Source: Vicinamibacteria bacterium (lineage in GTDB: Bacteria; Acidobacteriota; Vicinamibacteria; Fen-336). From it: 64,000 nucleotides of DNA. Below the pieces are notes generated by a model. It had not been told where the DNA came from. It saw nothing but the letters and a program-made list of their open reading frames with translations, and did not search any database. Below are positions 8,642 to 18,076 of the stretch, piece after piece. Position 1 is the stretch's first letter. Every line of letters begins with the position of its first letter. Where the stretch lies: positions 2,355-66,354 of the forward strand of contig DATBIO010000272.1 of the NCBI GenBank assembly GCA_036556965.1, read 5' to 3'. A program made the position numbers and the translations under genes.

Positions 8642-9097
8642 ATGCCGGCCGTGGCCGTCCTCGCCCTCGTCCTCGCCGCCCCGCCCTCCCTGTCCGACCT
8701 CGCCTGGATGGCGGGCTCCTGGCAGGCGGAGGGCCCCGGCCCCGTCTCCGAGGAGGTGTGGCTGCCCCCCGCCGGCGACAACATGATCGGGATGTGGCGC
8801 CTGGTGGCGGACGGCAAGGCGCGCGTCTACGAGTTCCTGACCCTGACCCAGGAGGCGGAGGGCCCCGTCCTCCGCTTCCGCCACTTCGACCGGGCGCTGG
8901 TGGGCTGGGAGGAGAAGGACAAGCCGCTGGTGCTTCCCCTCGTGCGCCAGGGGGCGCGCGAGGCCGTCTTCGAAGGGCTGGCCTCGGACGGCACGCGGCT
9001 GCGCCTCCACTACCGGCGTCCCGCGGAGGACCGCCTGGCCGTGACCCTCCTGCGCGGCGACCAGGCGCAGGAGTTCGCCTTCCGGCTCCGGCCGTGA
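8642..9097 (+). CDS. DUF6265-like (lipocalin-like) small exported hypothetical protein
   Basis: ATG 8642 with AGGAGGAG RBS. N-terminal signal-like segment. Motif LAWMAGSWQAEG...EEVWLPPAGDNMIGMWR typical of this DUF. A TATACT -10-like hexamer lies at 8606-8611. Confidence 0.7.
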   Translation: MPAVAVLALVLAAPPSLSDLAWMAGSWQAEGPGPVSEEVWLPPAGDNMIGMWRLVADGKARVYEFLTLTQEAEGPVLRFRHFDRALVGWEEKDKPLVLPLVRQGAREAVFEGLASDGTRLRLHYRRPAEDRLAVTLLRGDQAQEFAFRLRP

Positions 9098-10170
9098 GCA
9101 GGCCCGCGGTGCTCTCCCTCGCCCTCCTCGTCCTCCTCGGCTGCTCGCGCGACGCGCACGCGCCCGCCCAGCCGCGCGCGGTGGAGGCCCGGGGCGACCT
9201 GGCCGCGGACGAGCGCGCCACCATCGAGCTGTTCGACCGCGTGGCCCCCTCGGTGGTGCACATCACGAACCTGGCCCTGCGCCGCGGGTTCCTCGACCTC
9301 AACGCGGTGGAGGTCCCCCAGGGGACGGGGTCGGGCTTCATCTGGGACGAGCGAGGATACGTGGTGACCAACTTCCACGTGCTGCAGGGGGCCCAGGCCG
9401 CGCGCGTGCGCCTGGTGGACCAGTCGGAATGGGACGCGCGCCTGGTGGGGGGAGAGCCGGACAAGGACCTGCTCGTGCTGAAGATCGACGCCCCGCCGGA
9501 GAAGCTGCGGCCCATCGCGGTGGGCACGTCCGCGAGCCTCAAGGTGGGCCAGAAGGTGTTCGCCATCGGCAACCCCTTCGGCCTCGACAACACGCTCACC
9601 ACGGGCGTCATCAGCGCGCTGGGGCGGGAGATCCGCTCCGTGGGCGGGCGCGCCATCCAGGACGTCATCCAGACCGACGCCGCCATCAACCCCGGCAACT
9701 CCGGGGGCCCCCTCCTCGACAGCGCGGGCCGCGTCATCGGCGTCAACACCGCCATCTACAGCCCCGCGGGCACGGGGACCTACATCGGCATCGGCTTCGC
9801 CGTGCCCGTGGACATCGTGAACCGCATCGTGCCCCAGCTCATCCGGGAGGGCCGGGTCACGCGGCCCGGTCTCGGCGTCACCCTGGCCGCGGACACGGTG
9901 GCGCGCCGCTGGGGCGTCGAGGGGGCGCTGGTGGTCACGGTGGCGGAGGGGAGCGGCGCGGCGCGCGCCGGGATGCGCCCCACCCTGCGCGACGAGGAGG
10001 GCTACGTGCTCGGCGACGTGATCGTGGCCATCGAGGGCCAGAGGGTGCGGCGCGCCGACGACGTCTCCCTCATCCTGGAGAAGCACAAGGTGGGGGACAC
10101 CGTCACCGTGACCGTGCGCCGCGGCGACGAGACGGAAGACCTCGCCGTGCGCCTCCAGGCCGTGCGCTAG
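9094..10170 (+). CDS. HtrA/DegP-family trypsin-like serine protease with C-terminal PDZ domain (lipoprotein-type signal)
   Basis: GTG 9094 overlaps the upstream TGA (GTGA). Signal LSLALLVLLGCS. Catalytic triad context HITN...DLLVLKID...GNSGGPL. PDZ region GALVVTVAEGSGAARAGMR. Confidence 0.85.
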   Translation: MSRPAVLSLALLVLLGCSRDAHAPAQPRAVEARGDLAADERATIELFDRVAPSVVHITNLALRRGFLDLNAVEVPQGTGSGFIWDERGYVVTNFHVLQGAQAARVRLVDQSEWDARLVGGEPDKDLLVLKIDAPPEKLRPIAVGTSASLKVGQKVFAIGNPFGLDNTLTTGVISALGREIRSVGGRAIQDVIQTDAAINPGNSGGPLLDSAGRVIGVNTAIYSPAGTGTYIGIGFAVPVDIVNRIVPQLIREGRVTRPGLGVTLAADTVARRWGVEGALVVTVAEGSGAARAGMRPTLRDEEGYVLGDVIVAIEGQRVRRADDVSLILEKHKVGDTVTVTVRRGDETEDLAVRLQAVR

Positions 10171-11027
10171 GAGGCGCCCGGGCCCCCGCCCGGGGGCGGG
10201 CGCCGGAGCACGTAGAAGGGCCGGCGGCGGCCCCCTTCGTGCGTGGGGACGAAGTCGGCGGCCGTGTAGCCCCGCCCGAAGTACGCGCCGAGCGCGCGCC
10301 GGACCTTGCCGTGCCAGTCCTCGGCCACCCGCGGCGCGGAGTGGCTGAGCACGTCCCACTCCGGCGGGATCTCCAGGAGCAGGGCGGGCTCGTCGAGGTC
10401 CAGCCTCGGCTCCGAGGCCACCGGCCAGCCCGCCTGCCACTTCACGTCGTTGATGCGCGGGAAGTCGGGCGCGGGCTCCGTGCGCGGGGGCTCGCCCTCG
10501 CGGAGGCGCGTCTCCACGCGCGGCGCGCGCAGCTCCCAGCGCACGAGCAGGCGGTCCGTGGGCAGGCCGTGGTGCAGCGACGAGCTGGTGATGCCGTACA
10601 TGTTGGGCAGGAACTCGGTGGCGGTGGCGGCCAGCCGGCGCAGGTTCAGGTGGGCGTTGCGCGCCTGCATGGGGTCGAAGGTCCAGGTGATGACGTCGAT
10701 GCCCCGGCGCAGCGCCTCCTCGCGCTGCGCCCACTTCAGGCGCACGCCCACCCCGCGCGCCTGGTAGTCGGGGAGCACGGCGAGCATGTCCGAGTGCAGG
10801 TGCGGCACGCCCCCGCGCAGGGCGGGAAAGGCGTAGGCGAACCCCACCGCCTGGCCGGAGCTCGTCTCCGCCAGGTGGAGGAACCCCCCCGCGTGCACGG
10901 TGGCGATCAGCTGGAGGGCGGAGTTGATCTCGAGGTCGGAGAGGCCCCACACCGCGCGCTGCAGGAGCACGCAGGACTCGAAGTCGGCGCCCTCCCGCGC
11001 CACGCGCACCCGCACGTCGTCGCCCAT
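10167..11027 (-). CDS. GNAT-family N-acetyltransferase
   Basis: ATG at 11027 (MGDDVRVRVARE...) with TAGACT hexamer 9 nt upstream. Acetyl-CoA binding-like segment QARGVGVRLKWAQREEALRRGIDVITWTFDP. 4-bp convergent overlap with the HtrA stop. The six-frame ORF is over-extended to 11330. Confidence 0.7.
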   Translation of the reverse strand: MGDDVRVRVAREGADFESCVLLQRAVWGLSDLEINSALQLIATVHAGGFLHLAETSSGQAVGFAYAFPALRGGVPHLHSDMLAVLPDYQARGVGVRLKWAQREEALRRGIDVITWTFDPMQARNAHLNLRRLAATATEFLPNMYGITSSSLHHGLPTDRLLVRWELRAPRVETRLREGEPPRTEPAPDFPRINDVKWQAGWPVASEPRLDLDEPALLLEIPPEWDVLSHSAPRVAEDWHGKVRRALGAYFGRGYTAADFVPTHEGGRRRPFYVLRRPPPGGGPGAS

Positions 11028-11118
11028 GGGCGCGGGCAGTCTAGCACGCGGGTCCCCACCGACCCCGGCGGCCGCGCGTTGCGGGCGCGGCGCTCCCGTC
11101 CGGTAGAATCCGCGCGCG

Positions 11119-12519
11119 ATGGCCCAGACGGCGCGGGGCGTGGCCGTGACGGAAGCCGCGCCCCCGGGGGGCGCCACCCTGGTGCGCGGCCTCGGCCTGG
11201 TGGACGGCGCCCTGCTCACGGTGGGGGCCGTTCTCGGCACCGGCATCTTCCTCACCACCGCCGACATGGCGCGGGTGATGCCGCACGCCGGCCTCCTCCT
11301 CCTGGCCTGGGCCACGGGCGGCCTCCTCACCCTGGCCGGGGCGCTGACCTACGCGGAGCTGGGCGCGATGTACCCGCGCGCGGGCGGCCCGTACCAGTTC
11401 CTGAAGGAGGCCTTCGGGCCCCTGCCCGCCTTCCTCTTCGGCTGGGCCGCCTTCACCGTGATCATGTCGGGCGGCATCGCCGCCATCGCGGTGGGCTTCG
11501 GCGAGTACCTGGGCGCCTTCCTGCCCTTCTTCTCCACGCGCAACGTGCTGGCCACGCTGCCCCTGGGAGGCTGGACGTGGCGGCTCTCGGGAGGCCAGCT
11601 CGCGGCCTGCGCCGCCATCGTCGTCCTCTCCGCCATCAACTACGCCGGGCTCAAGGCCGGGGCCGGCGTGCAGAACGCGGTCACCGCGGTCAAGATCGCC
11701 TCCATCCTGGGCCTGGCCCTGGTCGGCGTCTTCGCCCCCGCCGTGACCGCGGTCTCCCTCGGCGGGGCCCTGCCCGGGGGCGCCCTGTGGTCGGCCTTCG
11801 GCGTGGCCATGGTGGCGGTGCTGTGGACCTTCGACGGCTGGTACAGCGTGACCTACGTCGCGGGCGAGATGCGCGACCCCGAGCGCACGGTGCCCCGCGC
11901 GCTGGCCCTGGGCTCGCTGGCCGTCACCGTCATCTACCTCCTCGTGAACGTGGTCTACCTGCGCGCGCTGCCCGTGGCGGCCATGGCGGAGAGCTCCCGC
12001 ATCGGCGAGTCGGCGGCGGCCGCCCTCTTCGGCGCGGGCGCCGCGCGCGTGGTGTCGGCGGCGGTGCTCGTGTCGAGCTTCGGCTGCCTCTCCTCCACCA
12101 TCCTCTACGCCGCGCGCACCTACCTGCCCATGGCCCAGGACGGGCTCTTCTTCAAGGGGCTGGCCCGCGTGCACCCGCGCTTCCGCACGCCCGCCGCCTG
12201 CATCGCCGCCCAGTGCCTCTGGTCCGTCTTCCTGACCCTCTCCGGCAGCTACGAGCAGCTCTACACCTACGTGGTCTTCATGGTCTTCGTGTTCCACGCC
12301 GCGGTGGGCGCGGCCGTCATACGCCTCCGGCGCACGCGGCCGGGCGCGGCGCGGCCCTACCGGGTGTGGGGCTACCCCGCGGTGCCCCTGCTCTTCATCG
12401 TGTCGTCGGTGGCCCTGGTGGCCAACACGCTGGTGGAGAAGCCGCTCGAGTCCCTGCTGGGGCTGGGCCTGGTGGCCCTGGGCGTCCCCGCCTACCTGTG
12501 GTGGCGGCGGCGCGCGTAG
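11119..12519 (+). CDS. APC-superfamily amino acid/polyamine permease
   Basis: 466 aa, 12 TM-like segments, APC signature-like GTGIFLTTADMA; TAGAAT hexamer 9 nt upstream of ATG 11119 (leaderless-type). Confidence 0.8.
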   Translation: MAQTARGVAVTEAAPPGGATLVRGLGLVDGALLTVGAVLGTGIFLTTADMARVMPHAGLLLLAWATGGLLTLAGALTYAELGAMYPRAGGPYQFLKEAFGPLPAFLFGWAAFTVIMSGGIAAIAVGFGEYLGAFLPFFSTRNVLATLPLGGWTWRLSGGQLAACAAIVVLSAINYAGLKAGAGVQNAVTAVKIASILGLALVGVFAPAVTAVSLGGALPGGALWSAFGVAMVAVLWTFDGWYSVTYVAGEMRDPERTVPRALALGSLAVTVIYLLVNVVYLRALPVAAMAESSRIGESAAAALFGAGAARVVSAAVLVSSFGCLSSTILYAARTYLPMAQDGLFFKGLARVHPRFRTPAACIAAQCLWSVFLTLSGSYEQLYTYVVFMVFVFHAAVGAAVIRLRRTRPGAARPYRVWGYPAVPLLFIVSSVALVANTLVEKPLESLLGLGLVALGVPAYLWWRRRA

Positions 12520-12547
12520 AGGGTCGAGCCGTGAGCCCCCTCGCCGA

Positions 12548-13333
12548 ATGCGCCTCCTGAAGCGCCTCTGGAAGACGGGCGGCGCCCTGCTCGCGCGCGA
12601 CACCGCCGTGGTCACGAACGCCATCGCCTTCAACTTCCTGCTGTGCCTCTTCCCGCTGCTGGTGGTGGCGGTGGCGGCCGCGCAGCGGCTGCCCGCGGGG
12701 AGCGCGGACGCGCTGTTCACCGTGGTGCGCCAGCTCATCCCCTTCGAGCACGAGGCCCTGACGCGGTCGCTGCGGGGGATGGGGAAGCTGGCCCGGGGCC
12801 TGGAGGCCCTGTCGCTGCTGCTCATCGTGTGGGGGAGCTCGGGCATCTTCATGCCCGTGGAGATGGCGCTGAACCGGGCGTGGGGCGGGCGCCCGCGCGC
12901 CTTCGTGCGCAGCCGCCTGCTGGCCTTCGTCCTGACCATGGCCTGCGGAGCGCTGGCCCTGCTCTCGGTGGCCCTGACCGTGGCCGCGCGCGCCTACCGG
13001 GCCGAGTGGCCCGCGGTGGCGGAGTACGGGGCCTGGGCCAGCGGGCTGCTGCTCACCTACCTCCTCTTCTTCCTCATCTACAGCGTGGCCGCCGATCCGT
13101 CGCCCGGGCCCCGCGTCGCCCTGCACGCCGCGCTGTGGGCGGGCACCGCCTGGGAGGCGGTCAAGTACCTCTTCGTGATCAACCTCGGCCGCGCCAACCT
13201 GCGCCTGTTCTACGGGCCCCTGGCCTTCGCCGTGTCCCTCGTGCTGTGGGCCTACGTCTCCAGCCTGGTCCTCGTCTTCGGGGCCCTCATGGCCCCCGCG
13301 GACGCCAAGCGGCGGCGGCGGGCGGCGGCGTGA
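12548..13333 (+). CDS. YihY/BrkB (virulence factor BrkB / RNase BN-like) family membrane protein
   Basis: ATG 12548; MRLLKRLWKTGGALLARDTAVVTNAIAFNFLLCLFPLLVV is the typical YihY N-terminus; 6 TM segments. Confidence 0.75.
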   Translation: MRLLKRLWKTGGALLARDTAVVTNAIAFNFLLCLFPLLVVAVAAAQRLPAGSADALFTVVRQLIPFEHEALTRSLRGMGKLARGLEALSLLLIVWGSSGIFMPVEMALNRAWGGRPRAFVRSRLLAFVLTMACGALALLSVALTVAARAYRAEWPAVAEYGAWASGLLLTYLLFFLIYSVAADPSPGPRVALHAALWAGTAWEAVKYLFVINLGRANLRLFYGPLAFAVSLVLWAYVSSLVLVFGALMAPADAKRRRRAAA

Positions 13334-13376
13334 CGGGCGAGGGGCGTGTGGTCGAGGTCCCGGAGACCTCCCGGCC

Positions 13377-14315
13377 GTGAAGCGCCGGCTGGCCCTGGTG
13401 GCCCTCCTCGTCCTGGCCGTCCTGGGCGCCCTCTGGCTGCGCCCGGTGCCGGCACCGCGCCCGCCGGGCTCCTGGATGGCGGACGTGGGTGTGCAGCCGG
13501 CCTTCGCCACGGTGGGCGGCCTGCGCGTCCGCTACGTGCGGCGCGGCGCGGGGCCCACGCTGCTGCTCCTGCACGGCCTGGCCTCCTCCATCTACTCCTG
13601 GAAGGACGTGATCGGCCCGCTCTCCGCGCGGCACGACGTGATCGCCCTGGACCTTCCCGGCTTCGGCGCCTCCGACATCCCCCGGGACCTCGACGCCGCC
13701 CTCTACCCGCGCGTGGTGCTCGGGCTGCTCGACGGCCTCGGCGTCGCGCGCGCGTCCGTGGCCGGGAACAGCCTGGGCGGCGCCGTGGCCATCGTCCTGG
13801 CCGCGCGCCGGCCCGAGCGCGTCGAGCGGCTCGTCCTCATCGACTCCGCCGGCTTCAACTTCGACGCCGCCGACCGGCCGTGGGTCCTGCGCCTCGCCGG
13901 CTCCGCGGCCGTCACCGGCCTGCTGGAGCGGCTGCCCGTGCAGCGCCCGCTGGCGCGGCTGGGTCTGCGCCAGGTCTTCCACGACGACCGGCTGGTGACG
14001 CCCGAGCGGGTGGCCGAGTACGAGCAGGGCCTGGCGCGCCCCGGGGCGGTGGCCTTCGTGCGCGAGCTGCTGGACGAGCGGCAGGACATGGGGTTCCCCG
14101 GCATCGTGTCCGCGGTGCGCGCGCCCACCCTGATCCTCTGGGGGGCGGAGGACGCCTGGATCCCCGTGGAGCACGCGCGGCGGTTCGCGGAGGCCATCCC
14201 GGGGTCGCGCACCGCCGTGATCCCGGCCTGCGGCCACGTGCCCCAGGAGGAGCGGCCGGACGAGGTGGCGCGGCTGCTGCTGGAGTTCCTGGACGCTAGG
14301 CCAGGTGGCGCCTGA
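13377..14315 (+). CDS. Alpha/beta-fold hydrolase
   Basis: GTG 13377; HGLASS oxyanion region, GNSLGG nucleophile elbow, C-terminal His (CGHVPQEE); N-terminal TM/signal anchor. Confidence 0.8.
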   Translation: MKRRLALVALLVLAVLGALWLRPVPAPRPPGSWMADVGVQPAFATVGGLRVRYVRRGAGPTLLLLHGLASSIYSWKDVIGPLSARHDVIALDLPGFGASDIPRDLDAALYPRVVLGLLDGLGVARASVAGNSLGGAVAIVLAARRPERVERLVLIDSAGFNFDAADRPWVLRLAGSAAVTGLLERLPVQRPLARLGLRQVFHDDRLVTPERVAEYEQGLARPGAVAFVRELLDERQDMGFPGIVSAVRAPTLILWGAEDAWIPVEHARRFAEAIPGSRTAVIPACGHVPQEERPDEVARLLLEFLDARPGGA

Positions 14316-14985
14316 GGAACCCCAGCGTCCGCGTCCAGCTCAGCTCGGCCGCCGCGCGGTCGTAGACGTCCGCCCGCGTGTCGTTGAAGAAGGCGTGGCG
14401 GGTGCCCGCATACGTGTGGAACTCGTAGGCCTTGCCGCTTCGCTTCAGCGCCGCCTCGAAGGGGGCGACGTTGGCGTTGGCCCCGGGGTCGTGCTCGGCC
14501 CAGTGCGCCAGCACCGGCGCCTGCAGCCGGTCGAAGTCGTACGTCACCTTCGGGTGGATCCCGTAGAACACGACGCAGGCCCCGACCGTGTCGCCGTTCA
14601 CGCAGGCCGCGAACAGGCTCAGCGCGCCGCCCATGCAGAAGCCGACGGTGGCGACCTTCCGTCCCCCCACGAGCGAGCGCAGGTGCTCCACGGCCTGGCG
14701 CAGGTCCCGTTCCGCGCGGGCGATGTCCAGGGCCATGAGGAGCTTCCCCGCCTCGTCGGGCGAGCGGGTCACGGTGCCGTGGTACAGGTCCGGCGCCAGC
14801 GCGGTGAAGCCCTCCGCCGCGAAGCGGTCGGCGACGCGCTTGACGTGGTCGTTCAGGCCCCACCACTCCTGCACCACGACCACGCCGAGGCCCGTGGGCG
14901 ACGGGGGGACGGCCAGGTAGCCGTCCGTCGCCTCCGACGACCGGGCCTCCGTCTCCTGCGGACCGAAGCGGACCATCTCGCCCAT
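14296..14985 (-). CDS. Dienelactone hydrolase family protein
   Basis: GFCMGG nucleophile motif, DLH-like fold; 20-bp convergent overlap with the upstream alpha/beta hydrolase. Confidence 0.8.
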   Translation of the reverse strand: MGEMVRFGPQETEARSSEATDGYLAVPPSPTGLGVVVVQEWWGLNDHVKRVADRFAAEGFTALAPDLYHGTVTRSPDEAGKLLMALDIARAERDLRQAVEHLRSLVGGRKVATVGFCMGGALSLFAACVNGDTVGACVVFYGIHPKVTYDFDRLQAPVLAHWAEHDPGANANVAPFEAALKRSGKAYEFHTYAGTRHAFFNDTRADVYDRAAAELSWTRTLGFLRRHLA

Positions 14986-14995
14986 GGCCGTCCTC

Positions 14996-16699
14996 CTATC
15001 GCGGGGCGTCCAGCAGGGCGACCCGCGGGGCGGGGCGCCAGCCGGGGCCGCGCAGCCCGCGGCCGGGGGTCTTCCCCGTGAGGGCGCCCCCGTCCACCAC
15101 GGGCACCCCGTTCACCAGCACGTAGCGGAAGCCCTCGCTGTAGCGGTGGGGCTGCGCGAAGGTCGACAGGTCGCGGACCGTGCGCGGGTCGAACACGCTC
15201 AGGTCCGCCGCGAAGCCGGGCTTGAGCAGGCCGCGGCCCTCCAGGCCGGCCACGGCGGCGGGGAAGGACGTCATCTTCCGCACCGCCTCCTCGAGGGTCA
15301 GGACCTTCTCGTCGCGGACGTAGTGGCCCAGGATGCGCGCGGCGGAGCCCCAGCCCCGCGGGTGCGAGCCCTCGCGCGCGAAGGGGCCGTCCGTGGCCTT
15401 GGCCGGGGAGTCGGTGCAGAAGGCCACCAGGGGATGGGCGAGGGCGGCGCGCACGTCGGCCTCGTCCATGATGGACAGGATCCCCGACCCGTTCGCGCGG
15501 TCGGCGATCACGAGGTCGATGAGGGCGTCGCGGGCGTCCTTGCCCTGCTCGGCCGCGATCTGGGCGATGGTCTTGCCCTGCAGCGCGGCCAGGGCGGGGT
15601 CCAGGAGCGAGCCGACCAGGATGCCCTCCGGGCCCCCGCTGCCCAGGTACTGGTTCTCCCACTCGCCCGACTCCGTGGCCATGTCCCGCTTGGCCCTCTC
15701 GCGCAGGGCGGGGTCGCCCAGCCGCTCGAGCAGCGCCTCGCGGCCGCCCTCGCGGATCCACGGCGGCAGGCAGGCGTCGAGCCCGTTGGCCGCGCGGTTG
15801 TAGGGGTACTGGTTCGCGCTCACGTCGAGGCCGTCCGCGCGGGCCTGCTCGATGCGGCGCAGGACGGCGGGCATGCGCCCGAAGTTCGGCCGGTAGGCGG
15901 TCTTGAGGTGCCAGACCTGCGTGCGCACCGAGGCGTCGCGCGCGATGCGGAAGACCTCGTCCAGCGAGGCGTCGATGCGCGCCGACTCCGAGCGCTGGTG
16001 GGTGAAGTAGGCGCCGCCGTGGCGCGCGGCCACGCGGGCCATGGCCGTCAGCTCCCCGGTGCTCGCGTAGATGTTGGGGATGTACTGGAGCGAGGAGGAG
16101 ACGCCCAGCGCGCCCTGGCGCATGGCCTCCTCCACCACCTCCTCCATCCGCGCCATCTCGGCGCCGGTGGCCGCCCGCTCCTCCTTGCCCATGACCAGGT
16201 CGCGCACGCCCCCGGAGCCCACGAAGGTGGCCAGGTTGATGGCCGTGCCGCGCCGCTCGAGGGTGCCGAAGTAGCCGTCCAGGGTGGTCCAGTCGGGAGT
16301 GACCCCGTAGCGGCGGAAGGTGTCCGCCTCCTCCCGGACCATGCGGTCGTTCACGGGGGCGATGGAGGACCCCTCGCCCGTGACCTCGGTGGTGATGCCC
16401 TGGGTCACCTTGGAGGCGGCGCGCGCGTCCACCAGCACGTGGTACTCGGACTGTCCGAGCAGGTCGATGAAGCCGGGGGCCACCACCAGCCCCCGGGCGT
16501 CGATGCGGCGCCCCGCCCCCCGGCCCTCCAGCCGGCCGACGGCCGCGATGCGTCCGTCCTTGACCGCGACGTCGGCCACCGTCCAGGGCGCCCCCGTGCC
16601 GTCGAGGACGCGCCCGCCTTCGATGACGATGTCGAACGCGCCCTCGCCCGCGTGGCCGGCGAGCAGGCCCAGGGCGAGGAGCAGGGACAGGAGCCTCAT
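14996..16699 (-). CDS. N-acyl-D-amino-acid deacylase (D-aminoacylase) family amidohydrolase, secreted
   Basis: Signal peptide MRLLSLLLALGLLAGHAGEGA; D-aminoacylase-like sequence (FDIVIEGGRVLDGTGAPW..., PGFIDLLGQSE); 567 aa. Confidence 0.8.
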   Translation of the reverse strand: MRLLSLLLALGLLAGHAGEGAFDIVIEGGRVLDGTGAPWTVADVAVKDGRIAAVGRLEGRGAGRRIDARGLVVAPGFIDLLGQSEYHVLVDARAASKVTQGITTEVTGEGSSIAPVNDRMVREEADTFRRYGVTPDWTTLDGYFGTLERRGTAINLATFVGSGGVRDLVMGKEERAATGAEMARMEEVVEEAMRQGALGVSSSLQYIPNIYASTGELTAMARVAARHGGAYFTHQRSESARIDASLDEVFRIARDASVRTQVWHLKTAYRPNFGRMPAVLRRIEQARADGLDVSANQYPYNRAANGLDACLPPWIREGGREALLERLGDPALRERAKRDMATESGEWENQYLGSGGPEGILVGSLLDPALAALQGKTIAQIAAEQGKDARDALIDLVIADRANGSGILSIMDEADVRAALAHPLVAFCTDSPAKATDGPFAREGSHPRGWGSAARILGHYVRDEKVLTLEEAVRKMTSFPAAVAGLEGRGLLKPGFAADLSVFDPRTVRDLSTFAQPHRYSEGFRYVLVNGVPVVDGGALTGKTPGRGLRGPGWRPAPRVALLDAPR

Positions 16700-16771
16700 G
16701 GCGGGAGTCTACGGCAGAGTCGGCGCGGGCGCGGCGTTCCCGGAGTCCTGCCCCGTGCCCGGCCACCGCAT

Positions 16772-18076
16772 ATGATTCACCCCGTGACCTTCCTGGCCGC
16801 CGGACACGGCACCGACGTCGTGTCCGCCCTCCTGCTCGTCCTCGCCCTGCTCGTGGTCGGCGCGCGCCTGGCGGGGGCCGTCGTCGAGCGCCTGGGCTTC
16901 CCCGCCGTGCTGGGAGAGCTGATGGTGGGCGTGCTCCTCGGCAACCTCGCGCTCCTGGGCGGACCGGACCTGGGACCCTTCCGGGACAGCGAGGCCTTCG
17001 TGGTGCTCGCGGAGCTGGGCGCGGTCCTGCTCCTCTTCTCGGTGGGGCTGGAGTCCACGCCCCGGGACATGATGGCGGTCGGCCTCCCCGCCCTCCGCGT
17101 GGCCGTCGTCGGTGTGGTCACGCCCATGGCTCTCGGCTTCGGGGTGGGCGCGCTGGCGCTTCCCGGCGACTCGTGGATGCTCCACGCCTTCCTGGGGGCG
17201 ATGCTCGCCGCCACCAGCGTGGGCATCACCGCGCGCGTGCTCGGCGACCTGGGCGCGCTGCGCAGCCGCCCCGCCCGCATCATCCTGGGGGCCGCCGTCA
17301 TCGACGACGTCCTCGGCCTGCTCGTGCTCGCGGTCATCGCCGGGATCATCACCGCCGCCGCCGGGGGAGCGGCCATGACCACGGCGGGGGTGCTGGCCAT
17401 CGTGGGGAAGGCCGTGGTGTTCCTGGTGGGCTCCCTCCTCGTGGGGGGCCTCATCACGCCGCGCCTCTTCCGCCACACCGGTCGCCTGGGGGCGCGGGGG
17501 ATGGTGCAGGCCGTCGCCCTGAGCTTCTGCTTCGCGCTGTCGTCGCTGGCCCTGCTGGCGGGGCTGGCCCCCATCGTGGGAGCCTTCGCCGCCGGCCTCA
17601 TCCTGGAGGACGAGCAGCACAAGCCCCACCTGGTGCCGGGGGAGAAGAACCTCCACGAGTCGATCGAGCCGCTGATCGGGCTCCTGGTCCCCGTGTTCTT
17701 CGTCCGCATGGGAATGCTCGTGGACCTGCGGGCGCTGGGCTGGGGCGTGCTCGGCCTCGGCCTGCTCCTGACCGGCGCCGCCGTCCTGGGCAAGCTGGCG
17801 TGCGGCCTGGTGGCCCCCCGCGGCGTGTCGAGGCTGGTGGTGGGGCTGGGCATGATGCCCAGGGGCGAGGTCGGGCTCATCTTCGCGGGCATGGGCGCCA
17901 AGCTCCTGCTGGACGGCCGCCCGGTGGTGGACACCGCCGTCTACGCGGCCGCCGTCTTCATGGTGGTGGCCACCACCGTGGCCACCCCGCCCCTGCTGCA
18001 GTGGGCGGTGCGGCGCGACCTCAAGCGCGGCACAGCGCCTCCAGCCGCTCCAGCTGCTGGCGGTGACCCAGGCTGA
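16772..18076 (+). CDS. Cation:proton antiporter (CPA2/Kef-type Na+/H+ or K+/H+ exchanger)
   Basis: ATG 16772; 12-13 TM helices, CPA-type motifs (GEL.VGVLLG, AEIGAVLLLF-like, MMPRGEVGLIFAG). The long six-frame ORF from 14984 is an N-terminal over-extension. Confidence 0.8.
   Translation: MIHPVTFLAAGHGTDVVSALLLVLALLVVGARLAGAVVERLGFPAVLGELMVGVLLGNLALLGGPDLGPFRDSEAFVVLAELGAVLLLFSVGLESTPRDMMAVGLPALRVAVVGVVTPMALGFGVGALALPGDSWMLHAFLGAMLAATSVGITARVLGDLGALRSRPARIILGAAVIDDVLGLLVLAVIAGIITAAAGGAAMTTAGVLAIVGKAVVFLVGSLLVGGLITPRLFRHTGRLGARGMVQAVALSFCFALSSLALLAGLAPIVGAFAAGLILEDEQHKPHLVPGEKNLHESIEPLIGLLVPVFFVRMGMLVDLRALGWGVLGLGLLLTGAAVLGKLACGLVAPRGVSRLVVGLGMMPRGEVGLIFAGMGAKLLLDGRPVVDTAVYAAAVFMVVATTVATPPLLQWAVRRDLKRGTAPPAAPAAGGDPG

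Noticed and set aside
5874-8817. 970-aa (+) and 924-aa (-) ORFs overlapping the zinc metalloprotease gene
   Set aside because: Alternative frames of the metalloprotease locus. Only the 6132-8576 minus frame contains HEXXH and a signal peptide. The others are Arg/Gly/Pro-rich nonsense.
8503-9093. Upstream extension of the HtrA ORF (555-aa version)
   Set aside because: Overlaps the DUF6265-like gene in another frame. HtrA's lipoprotein signal starts at the GTG at 9094, which overlaps the upstream stop.
14984-16771. Approximately 600-aa N-terminal extension of the antiporter ORF (1030-aa ORF 14984-18076)
   Set aside because: This portion is antisense to the D-aminoacylase gene. The antiporter's first TM helix and a leader-less-style start are at ATG 16772.
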